From an uncultured virus (IMG/VR IMGVR_UViG_3300033149_002847) (lineage: Duplodnaviria; Heunggongvirae; Uroviricota; Caudoviricetes): a stretch of DNA of 23,403 nucleotides. Both the position numbers and the translations under genes were made by a program. A model generated the notes under the pieces. It did no database searches and was not told where the DNA came from. It worked only from the letters and a program-made list of their open reading frames with translations. The stretch is taken from IMG/VR virus record IMGVR_UViG_3300033149_002847; one strand, given 5' to 3'. Shown here in pieces: positions 9,843 to 17,676 of this stretch; within the stretch, counting starts at the first letter, position 1; each line of letters begins with the position of its first letter.

Positions 9843-10235
9843 TTATTTTCCTGTAGCCTTATCTCCAGGTTTTCCTGATATTTTTTCCTGAGTCCCTGAG
9901 TAAAACGTATTGAACGCCTTATATAGAGCGTTCTTCACCTCCTCATCAGGGAAATCAACAATATCATCCCCCTGAAAGTCTTTAGGGAATTTATCTGGAT
10001 ATGTTGTTATTACTGTACTTAAGGTCATATCTCTTTCATTTACATAAGCTACACTAAGTGCAAATGAACTTATAGGCATACCTCCAAAAGAAGCAGCTAT
10101 TTTTCTTGATATAACTTGAGCATCTTTACCAGAAGGGAATTTTACAATAAATTCCCCATACTTTGTACTAATAATTTCTTCTGGATATTTTCCTTTTGAA
10201 ATCTGACCTATGATTGAATTTTCTTCAAACATCAT
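9843..10235 (-). CDS. Tail assembly chaperone (lambda gpG analogue)
   Basis: 130 aa between tube and tape measure; RBS TAAGGAG; GEFIVKFPS...ALYKAFNTF pattern. Confidence 0.7.
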   Translation of the reverse strand: MMFEENSIIGQISKGKYPEEIISTKYGEFIVKFPSGKDAQVISRKIAASFGGMPISSFALSVAYVNERDMTLSTVITTYPDKFPKDFQGDDIVDFPDEEVKNALYKAFNTFYSGTQEKISGKPGDKATGK

Positions 10236-10241
10236 TTCTCC

Positions 10242-10727
10242 TTATAGTGTTCTTTCGATACACATCAACTGGATATTTGCTGTCACATACGCAGCAGCAC
10301 CAATAGTTACACCATTACTTGATATAACTGCCTGGTTAAAGGAATTATACAACACACCGCTTTGAGTGTCTACAAAGTCAATCTGAGGTATAACTGTTCC
10401 TTTTCCTGTTAATGCTATTTCAGACCTGGTTTTTAAGAGTTTTTGTATTGTAGTATTTCCACCATCAAGATACGGTACTACAATCTCTTCCCGAGGCCTT
10501 AGTGGTACATATGTACCAAGGGTTAAATTACAACTATAATTCTGAGAGTCCAGTGAAACCGGACCAAAGAATCCGATTACTTGAGCTGTAACAACATTAA
10601 AATCTTCATTATATGAAGCATTTTGAACTAATCCCAGTGTTTTTCGTACATTGTCTGCATCATAGACAATAACATTACAAAAAGCTCCTTGCTGTATTAG
10701 TTTTTCTGTAGCATTAGGTAAAGCCAT
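10242..10727 (-). CDS. Tail tube protein
   Basis: 161 aa directly after the sheath; strong RBS AAGGAGG; LGLVQNAS.NEDF.V....VIG..GP......Y...LTL pattern like SPO1/K-type tubes. Confidence 0.85.
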   Translation of the reverse strand: MALPNATEKLIQQGAFCNVIVYDADNVRKTLGLVQNASYNEDFNVVTAQVIGFFGPVSLDSQNYSCNLTLGTYVPLRPREEIVVPYLDGGNTTIQKLLKTRSEIALTGKGTVIPQIDFVDTQSGVLYNSFNQAVISSNGVTIGAAAYVTANIQLMCIERTL

Positions 10728-10737
10728 TTAATCCTCC

Positions 10738-12447
10738 TTACTGTATTAATACAGAAATATTATGGGTGATGAATATAAAATTAGTTGGAGATGTATTCCA
10801 AGTATTATATTCCACTACAATTTGATCACCTACTATCTTTCGAGTATAACCAGAATAAAGCAAAGCACCGTTGGCTACGATAATTCCAAGACCTTTCCAG
10901 TCCAGTATTGTTCTCTCAAAAATAGCATCGACTGTGGCAAGTTGATCAACTCCAAGGTTAGGTGTACCAGTTAAAGCTCTACCAATTCTTGTTCTTAAAT
11001 CAGCATCCTGATATAAAGTTTCTCTCATTATAGAGGCTTCGTTCTGCTGTAGGGAAGCACCCTGATAAGTAGTTAGAGATCTGACAGTTATATATTGACC
11101 ATCATCATCTTTAGCCCCGACAAGGACTCCACCTTTAATAAGATCTTTCTTAGAGGTTCGACCATATACTTTTTCCCAGCCTAAAATATTTACAGTTTTG
11201 CTCGTAGTAGGATTATTAAGTCCCAAAGCTGATACCACACCAACCTGTTTACAAGCATAATAAGCCGAAGAGTAAAGTGTTTTTTCACCAAGATCATTAT
11301 ATTGATAATAACCTGGAGAACAGAGTGAACCAAAAGAAGAGTTGAGGGCAGCAGCTCTAATCTTAACAGCAGCATCATCCTCTCCAGTAGCACCACCGAC
11401 ATAAAACTGTCTTTCTTTCCTACCTTCAACAGAGTTCATATCTACACAATGATTCTTTATCAAAGTATGAACAGTAGCTTCCTCAGAAACAGTTGCAAGT
11501 AACTGCAAATCCTCTTCTTCAAGTACAAGTAAAGCAGCTGTGAATTCTGTAGTTGTATAGGCTCCTGAGGTTCCACCAGATAAATAAACAAAATCTGCAT
11601 CATAATCCGGCAAGGTTCTTATTACACCCTCTTTAACCACTGATTCTATCAATGTATCAGCTACCAGAGCATTATAAACAGCCTGATAATCACTTTTTGC
11701 AGTATAAGAAGTTGTACGAATATCAACGTCTGTAACAGCGTCTATTTCAATTGACTTCTCAGTAGGCGAACTTGTTAAAACAGTAGCATCGTAGGCGGTA
11801 TTATTGTTAATAACAGCGACCAATTCACTGATAGTTGGGTAATCTGCTAAAAGTAATGTCAATTCTTCACTACCTGGACCACCTGTTATAGTAGTTGCTA
11901 AAGTAGTTTCATTGATTGTCATTATTCCAACAGTTCCAACTCCGGTATATTGAAGAGAAAAAGATTGTTTTTCTATATCATCTGTTTCTGATTCATTCCC
12001 CTTGTATTCAGTTTCAACTTTATGAGTCCCAGCAGCAGTACCAGCCGAAAATTTAAGCCTTACCTGATTCATTGGTACGCCATAAGAAAACGACTTAGCA
12101 GTAAATACGTCCACTGCACTTAACTGCAAAACCCTTTCACTTTGTAGCCCTGGATTAACACGAATAAAACCAACTTCTTGAGGTGTAAGATCGTTCCCTG
12201 GAGCAAAAGCCTGTATAACACCTTCAAGACCTTCTCCAGCTGATAATTCAGCCCTTGCATCATTAGCCGATCCAAATACGAGTAATTCTGATGGTTTTCC
12301 TAATTCTGCATATCCTAAAATACAGATATTACCAGAAGATACACCACCACCCTCATTTGATATGAAATTTCTCCGGGAATACGCTCCTGGAATGTAATGC
12401 TGACTTATTTGACCAGCACTTGAAAAAGTAGCAGGATTAACACCCAT
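10738..12447 (-). CDS. Contractile tail sheath protein
   Basis: 569 aa; YIPGAYS, ILG.AE.GKP, LSGGTSG, H...IKNHC..M....RKERQFYVGG, VRSLTTY motifs resembling SPO1/Twort/K-like sheaths; RBS AGGAGG. Confidence 0.93.
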   Translation of the reverse strand: MGVNPATFSSAGQISQHYIPGAYSRRNFISNEGGGVSSGNICILGYAELGKPSELLVFGSANDARAELSAGEGLEGVIQAFAPGNDLTPQEVGFIRVNPGLQSERVLQLSAVDVFTAKSFSYGVPMNQVRLKFSAGTAAGTHKVETEYKGNESETDDIEKQSFSLQYTGVGTVGIMTINETTLATTITGGPGSEELTLLLADYPTISELVAVINNNTAYDATVLTSSPTEKSIEIDAVTDVDIRTTSYTAKSDYQAVYNALVADTLIESVVKEGVIRTLPDYDADFVYLSGGTSGAYTTTEFTAALLVLEEEDLQLLATVSEEATVHTLIKNHCVDMNSVEGRKERQFYVGGATGEDDAAVKIRAAALNSSFGSLCSPGYYQYNDLGEKTLYSSAYYACKQVGVVSALGLNNPTTSKTVNILGWEKVYGRTSKKDLIKGGVLVGAKDDDGQYITVRSLTTYQGASLQQNEASIMRETLYQDADLRTRIGRALTGTPNLGVDQLATVDAIFERTILDWKGLGIIVANGALLYSGYTRKIVGDQIVVEYNTWNTSPTNFIFITHNISVLIQ

Positions 12448-12448
12448 A

Positions 12449-12619
12449 CTAGCACCTCCTATTATTTAATTTATCATCTGCATATTGCCACTCTTCAAGG
12501 GTTTTACTCCTACCCTTAAAGAGATCTCTCATCATCCTTTTAACACCTTCAGGACGATCTAAATCCTTTAGAAAATAGTTAATAGGATATGTTCTTGTTT
12601 TATCGTCTTTTTTAGCCAT
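12449..12619 (-). CDS. Small 56-aa protein preceding the sheath (not in the ORF track)
   Basis: MAKKDDKTRTYPINYFLKDLDRPEGVKRMMRDLFKGRSKTLEEWQYADDKLNNRRC. GGAGG RBS 7 nt upstream; start overlaps the end of the 252-aa gene; TAG ends 1 nt before the sheath ATG, filling the gap exactly. Confidence 0.8.
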   Translation of the reverse strand: MAKKDDKTRTYPINYFLKDLDRPEGVKRMMRDLFKGRSKTLEEWQYADDKLNNRRC

Positions 12620-13370
12620 TAAGAACCTCCACGGTATGATTTATATCAATATCAAGTAACCCTATATCAGGGTTATAAAATGTTTGCGAAATTTTGTAAT
12701 CTACATCTACCTGGATTGAAGAGCCTTTTAAGAGTCTTCCAAAATCCATATTGTAGGTCCCTGAACGATTTCCATTAACTGAACTTTCTATTATCGCTAT
12801 ATCTAAATCTCTATTTAAAGAGATATTTCCATGACCTATTAAAAATAAACTTATTAAATCGTAAAGCCTGTTTTTTATATTAGTTTTATCGTCTGTAGTG
12901 ATATCTATACTTACAGTATCCCTTTTTTGATAAATTATATTCACTCCATACAATTCCTCATTTGTATCAAAATGAGTCTCTATAGCTATTAAAGCTTCAG
13001 GAGAGATTAAATAACCATCCATAGCAGCTTGATTTTTAAAATCTGCTAATTCAGCCTTATTTAAGGTTGTCGGTTTTATGTTAACAAATAATTGTGGTGA
13101 TTTATTATCTTGTGTAGTAACAATTGTAACCGAGGGAAAGAGTGTTTCAGATACTTTACTTAAATCAACATATCCATTACTCGAATACTCTTCTGAAGCC
13201 ATATAAGGAACCCAGGGATATTCATTATTAATACGAACATGAGGGAAATTAGGAAACTGATTAGCCCAGCCACAATCCTTCATTAAATACTTAGTGAGTC
13301 GATCTATGAGAATTTCTTCTATTACTGGTACATAACTATAAGCTAATATAGTCCCTTCTAAATAACTCAT
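12612..13370 (-). CDS. Putative tail terminator / tail completion protein, copy A
   Basis: Position before small ORF + sheath; RINNEYP...FPSVTIV...RDTVSIDI...RLYDLI pattern consistent with a lambda gpU / T4 gp15-like fold; GGGAG RBS. Confidence 0.6.
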   Translation of the reverse strand: MSYLEGTILAYSYVPVIEEILIDRLTKYLMKDCGWANQFPNFPHVRINNEYPWVPYMASEEYSSNGYVDLSKVSETLFPSVTIVTTQDNKSPQLFVNIKPTTLNKAELADFKNQAAMDGYLISPEALIAIETHFDTNEELYGVNIIYQKRDTVSIDITTDDKTNIKNRLYDLISLFLIGHGNISLNRDLDIAIIESSVNGNRSGTYNMDFGRLLKGSSIQVDVDYKISQTFYNPDIGLLDIDINHTVEVLNG

Positions 13371-13383
13371 TTGACTCCCAAAT

Positions 13384-13423
13384 AAAAAAAGAGACCTACC
13401 CTGGTTACAGGATAGGTCTCTTT
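13384..13423 (-). terminator. Intrinsic (rho-independent) terminator
   Basis: Minus-strand AAAGAGACCTATCCTG-TAAC-CAGGGTAGGTCTCTTT (up to 16 bp with one G-U pair) running into a 7-T tract. Confidence 0.85.
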
Positions 13424-13445
13424 ATAAAGCTCCTATTGATACTTA

Positions 13446-13474
13446 ATAATAGGTTTATTAAGCTAATTTGTCAA
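13446..13474 (-). promoter_or_regulatory. Sigma70-type promoter with overlapping inverted repeat
   Basis: Minus-strand TTGACA (13474-13469), exactly 17 nt, TATTAT (13451-13446). Perfect inverted repeat CTTAATAA-N5-TTATTAAG at 13442-13462 overlaps the -10 box. Confidence 0.75.
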
Positions 13475-13478
13475 TATA

Positions 13479-14384
13479 TCAAGGATTTATCAGAATATCG
13501 CCAATTAAATTAGCTGATGGATCATAAAAAACCTGAAATATTTTATAATCTATTTCCACTTGGATTGAAGCCTGTCTTAATTCACGCCCAAAATCCATAT
13601 TATAAACACCTGAACGATTTCCACTTATTGAGTTTTCGATTATATTAATGCCCATATCTTGACTAAGTGAAATATTCCCATGTCCAACTAAAAACAAATT
13701 GATCAAATCATAAAGCCTGTTTTTAATATTTGTCTTATCGTCTGTAATAATATCAATATTAATAGTATCTCTTCTCTGATAGACTACATTTGTACCATAC
13801 AAAGCATCTTTTGTACTAAAATGATTGATTATATTATTCATTGCTTCCGGAGAGATTAAATAACCGTTAGATTCTGCCTGTTGTTGAAATTCTGCTAACT
13901 CTGATTTCTCTAATGTAGTTTTATCCATACTTACAAATACTTGAGGAGACTTTAGATCCTGATTAGTTATTATTGTTATTGCTGGAAATAAAGTTTCTGA
14001 AACTTTATTAAGATCCAACCACCCATTACTCGAATATTCTTCTGCTGTTAAGTAAGGGACCCATGGATATTCATTATTTATTCTTATTTGTGGAAAATTG
14101 GGAAATTGATCAGCCCATTTGCAGTCAGACATTAAATACTCTGTTAATCTTTTTATTAAAATTTCCTCTATAACTGGAATATAACTGTAGGCTATGATTT
14201 TATCATTTGAAACTTCTATTTCAACACTTGGATTGAATAAATTCATATATAAGGTAATCATATCTACATTTATTTCTACAGAAGTGCTACTATCGGCAGG
14301 ATTTTCTATATGATCCCTAATACTGTTCCCTATTGGTAAAGCAGATTGCTGAACTACAAAATCCATCAAAGTAGTTGGAGGCAT
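13479..14384 (-). CDS. Putative tail terminator / tail completion protein, copy B, with ~55-aa N-terminal extension
   Basis: Ungapped paralog of 12612..13370 (158/227 identical by hand count); extra N-terminus MPPTTLMDFVVQQSALPIGNSIRDHIENP...; TAATG coupling to the upstream gene. Confidence 0.7.
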   Translation of the reverse strand: MPPTTLMDFVVQQSALPIGNSIRDHIENPADSSTSVEINVDMITLYMNLFNPSVEIEVSNDKIIAYSYIPVIEEILIKRLTEYLMSDCKWADQFPNFPQIRINNEYPWVPYLTAEEYSSNGWLDLNKVSETLFPAITIITNQDLKSPQVFVSMDKTTLEKSELAEFQQQAESNGYLISPEAMNNIINHFSTKDALYGTNVVYQRRDTINIDIITDDKTNIKNRLYDLINLFLVGHGNISLSQDMGINIIENSISGNRSGVYNMDFGRELRQASIQVEIDYKIFQVFYDPSANLIGDILINP

Positions 14385-14800
14385 TACGATGTCACCGTAT
14401 TAAGAACAGCCTCTGCAATTTCTTCTTTAGTATCTGTCACAGTAGCTAGACCGTCAACAGGACTTTCCAGTACTGTAACATCTCCAGCTGCTCCCGTAGC
14501 TTTTATTGGTTGGTTATTTAAACCTCCAACAATTTTTCCCCCATATACTCTACTGTAACCACTCCCCTGCCAAAATTGAATTTGCCAGGGAGAGTAAATT
14601 TGTAAAATAATCTGTGAAAATATGCCAGGGTTGCCAGGGTCCGCAATCTTACCTTCAGGCAACTGTATATCAGATTCTGTCATACCACGAGGTGTTGCCA
14701 TTTGATCTTCTATAAAATCATGTAAAACTTGAGCATTTACAGTAATATCAGGAGATGTTACTAAAACTAGATTGTTAAACCAATCAATTTGCAATCCCAT
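14384..14800 (-). CDS. Hypothetical protein, probable virion appendage subunit
   Basis: 138 aa overlapping both neighbours; C-terminal EEIAEAVLN resembles the IADAVW-type helical motif of phage fibre proteins. Confidence 0.6.
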   Translation of the reverse strand: MGLQIDWFNNLVLVTSPDITVNAQVLHDFIEDQMATPRGMTESDIQLPEGKIADPGNPGIFSQIILQIYSPWQIQFWQGSGYSRVYGGKIVGGLNNQPIKATGAAGDVTVLESPVDGLATVTDTKEEIAEAVLNTVTS

Positions 14801-15164
14801 TAGCTCTTTGCTCCTTTAAGTATTTTAAACCTAAATATTGATTTTTTAATTCAGCATCAAGACGGGTTACAATCTCGGTAAAATGTTCTATTCGTTCTTT
14901 GCTTAGTTTGATCTTATCAGCTAATTGTCTAATATTTATATCAATCTGAGTGATTGCCGTAGTCATAGCCTTGGGATTAAATTTCCCATTTTTAACTAAA
15001 CCCTCATAATGCTTTTTTTTATTGCGTTCATGTATCCTTGCAGCTTGGTATTCACCAAGCTCAAGTTTAGTTTGTTCCAATATCCCGTTATGTTTTTTTA
15101 GGTCCATTTCAAGAATATCTTCCATACCTTCCGTAACTACATGTAAATCTTTACGTTTTTTCAT
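14784..15164 (-). CDS. Coiled-coil hypothetical protein (126 aa; start moved to ATG 15164)
   Basis: ATG lies 1 nt after the stop of the 832-aa gene (TAA-T-ATG); charged helical heptad-like sequence (ITQIDINIRQLADKIKLSKERIEHFTEIVTRLDAELKNQ). Confidence 0.7.
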   Translation of the reverse strand: MKKRKDLHVVTEGMEDILEMDLKKHNGILEQTKLELGEYQAARIHERNKKKHYEGLVKNGKFNPKAMTTAITQIDINIRQLADKIKLSKERIEHFTEIVTRLDAELKNQYLGLKYLKEQRANGIAN

Positions 15165-15165
15165 A

Positions 15166-17664
15166 TTATGATCCATAAACCGTATTTGGTATTCTAGTTG
15201 CACTTGCATTACCACCACCTGTTCCAATGGTAGTATCAGCAGTATAACTCTTAATTTTTATATCTGCATCACTTGTATTCCTTACACGAACCCTAACAAA
15301 TATATCTGCAATATACTGCATTGAGGCACTTGCAGAACCGTCAAGCTCTTTAAACTCAAATACAATCATAAAAAATACTTTATCAGCAGCATCTATAATT
15401 ACTGGAATACCGTTTATTTCAATGAGATCACCTGTTGTTTGACCTATAATTGGTGGATTTATCTGTATAGTATTATCGTCAGTCCTTTCAGAAATATATG
15501 ATATCGCATTTCCTTGAGTTTTATTTAATACTAGATCCCCTACTTTTACTGCTGCTGCTGTGAATATTCCTGTATCAACAATTTGATTTTCGTCTGTTAA
15601 AGCCTCAGCAGTAACTATAACATTTGATAATGTTACAACTCCCGTTAAAGCAATAAATGAATCAAATCTAAGCACATACTCTTGATTATTATCTGAAGCA
15701 TCAACTACAACCAGAGTACCACCAGCATCTTTATTAGGCACATCAGAAGATATTGAACCATCAACTGTGATAGTAGGATCACCTATAGCTTCCCCACCTG
15801 TTGCATCATATTCGGTTTTATTAACTATACCACCAGAACCTGTGAGCCTGAAACAAGAAACATAATCATGATGTAAAAGATTTAATATCTGCATTGTGAT
15901 CGATGTAGGTCTTGCTCTTACTATTCCACCAGCATCAATTAATGAGAAACTATTCTCTTCAACACCTTTGTAATCAACTAATAAAACCCCACGGGACCCG
16001 AAGAAAGTACCTCCGGAAAGAGCTGTTATAGTTCCAAATGATGACTCTGCTATAGGTACAATAACCTCAACAGTTAAACCCGTAGCATCAAACTCATTAA
16101 CACCATCGGTTTCATAAATTGCTTCACCATCAATAAAAGTTCCCCTACTATTTCTAAGTAATGCAACATTAGTTACTCCAGCAGGGTTTGAAACTACTGT
16201 TCCTGTTGCTCCAGATACTTTACCTGTTACAACTGATCCCTCTGGTACTGTTCCTGTTATAGAAGCGTAATTTATAGCGTAATCAAGACCTATCCATTCC
16301 ATACCATCAAGACCATCCTGATCAATAACACTTCCTCTCATATGTATGTATTTACTATATTCGTGCATTTGTGCAAGACTTGCTTGATTTAGGTCAATTG
16401 AAATACCCCACTCTTGAGGTGTTCCAGTATCAGCAATATCTGCTTGAGCATTTGCAAACGCATATACTGGAAAAGCAGAACCATCGAACCAAGAAGCCAA
16501 AGCCGGACCTTCATCTGCTGGTGCTTGATTGATAGAAGAACCGCTTCCTGATGTATCGTTATTATTGATTACCTCGATTGCTGTATTAAAATCAGTTAAG
16601 GGATCACCAACTAAATAATAATGGAAAGTATAATTTGGACTGGTTCCATCAATCTGTGTGAGAATACCCCTTGCACCAGAATCGGCACCTTCAATTTCAT
16701 CTCCTACTGTAAAATCATCCACAGTTACAGTATCCAAATCTATTGACTTATATCCAGTTACATTAGTTGCACTATCACCAGAAGAAAGACCAGCTGATAC
16801 ATTTGCACCAGATACTGAGTTCATTCTTATAATAGCATAAGTATATTTTGATCCGTATTGATTTGCTTTAATTGTTAGATAACCGGAATCTATAACAGGA
16901 AAACCATCTGTCTTATAATCAGTAATAGGAATTGCCCTATCAACCTGACCATCAATCCACCAATCGTTATCAGTTGCTTCTACACGGGTCACAATCGCAC
17001 CATCCTGATAAGTATAAACATGTGTATCAGATTTTAAAGCACCCTGAGTATAAAAGTTCCCCCATACCATTTCACCTGTTATTGAAGCTGCATCCTGTAC
17101 AGATACATGAGCATTACAAGTAAGATTTCCTGAAGTTGAATCGAAATTGTCGGCTGCTGTAGAACTATCTGGTCTAATCCAAAGGTAATCTATCGCACCA
17201 CCTGTAATAATTACGTCTAAAAGAGTTCCAGCATCTAAATCAGCATGAGTAATATCAAGTCCGATATCACCAGCAACAATAGCACCACCTGAAGTGACAG
17301 GTACAACAACTATTCCTGTGTTAGTTCCTACAACTCTTTCCCACCCAGTTGTTTTCATTGCACACCCTGTAAAGTTTGCAAAATCTCCGATTAAATGTTC
17401 CATTGTTGTCATATCAATAAACCACGGCTCAATTTCACCAGCGTCAATTTTACCTATTGTATACTCTCCAGGTGTTTCAGCACTGAATATAACACCATCA
17501 TTCTGTTGTGTTGGTATTGTAAACAAGTCTTCAGTTGCCCCATAAATATCTATCATTTTTTGAACATCATTTTTTGCTGTTGTACCTGTCCACCGGATTT
17601 GTTTTCTCCTATTTTCATCAAAATAGTAAACTGTTAGTTTGCCGGATAAAATTGTATCTGCCAT
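15166..17664 (-). CDS. Large acidic beta-rich putative virion structural / fibre protein
   Basis: 832 aa, G/T/D/I-rich. Repeated modules FTVGDEIEGADSGARGIL and VPEGSVVTGKVSGATGTV, plus GTFIDGEAI and VKVGDLVLN, typical of virion beta-barrel repeats; RBS AAGGGG. Confidence 0.6.
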   Translation of the reverse strand: MADTILSGKLTVYYFDENRRKQIRWTGTTAKNDVQKMIDIYGATEDLFTIPTQQNDGVIFSAETPGEYTIGKIDAGEIEPWFIDMTTMEHLIGDFANFTGCAMKTTGWERVVGTNTGIVVVPVTSGGAIVAGDIGLDITHADLDAGTLLDVIITGGAIDYLWIRPDSSTAADNFDSTSGNLTCNAHVSVQDAASITGEMVWGNFYTQGALKSDTHVYTYQDGAIVTRVEATDNDWWIDGQVDRAIPITDYKTDGFPVIDSGYLTIKANQYGSKYTYAIIRMNSVSGANVSAGLSSGDSATNVTGYKSIDLDTVTVDDFTVGDEIEGADSGARGILTQIDGTSPNYTFHYYLVGDPLTDFNTAIEVINNNDTSGSGSSINQAPADEGPALASWFDGSAFPVYAFANAQADIADTGTPQEWGISIDLNQASLAQMHEYSKYIHMRGSVIDQDGLDGMEWIGLDYAINYASITGTVPEGSVVTGKVSGATGTVVSNPAGVTNVALLRNSRGTFIDGEAIYETDGVNEFDATGLTVEVIVPIAESSFGTITALSGGTFFGSRGVLLVDYKGVEENSFSLIDAGGIVRARPTSITMQILNLLHHDYVSCFRLTGSGGIVNKTEYDATGGEAIGDPTITVDGSISSDVPNKDAGGTLVVVDASDNNQEYVLRFDSFIALTGVVTLSNVIVTAEALTDENQIVDTGIFTAAAVKVGDLVLNKTQGNAISYISERTDDNTIQINPPIIGQTTGDLIEINGIPVIIDAADKVFFMIVFEFKELDGSASASMQYIADIFVRVRVRNTSDADIKIKSYTADTTIGTGGGNASATRIPNTVYGS

Positions 17665-17676
17665 TTTGTTGCCCCT

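Noticed and set aside
415..12447. Tailocin / extracellular contractile injection system instead of phage
   Set aside because: Head-tail adaptor, head-closure and neck genes are present upstream, and no eCIS-type AAA ATPase is seen.
13384..13440. Leader peptide or known riboswitch in the short leader (contains AGGAG)
   Set aside because: No ATG/GTG/TTG follows the AGGAG, and I cannot match the ~25 nt before the terminator to any riboswitch aptamer I know.
12612..14384. Paralog pair as a DGR template/variable repeat
   Set aside because: Differences span whole genes, are not adenine-specific and are largely silent or conservative; no reverse transcriptase in the window.
15165..15227. Longer start for the coiled-coil gene given in the ORF track
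   Set aside because: It would overlap the 832-aa gene by ~60 nt; ATG 15164 directly after the upstream stop is more plausible.
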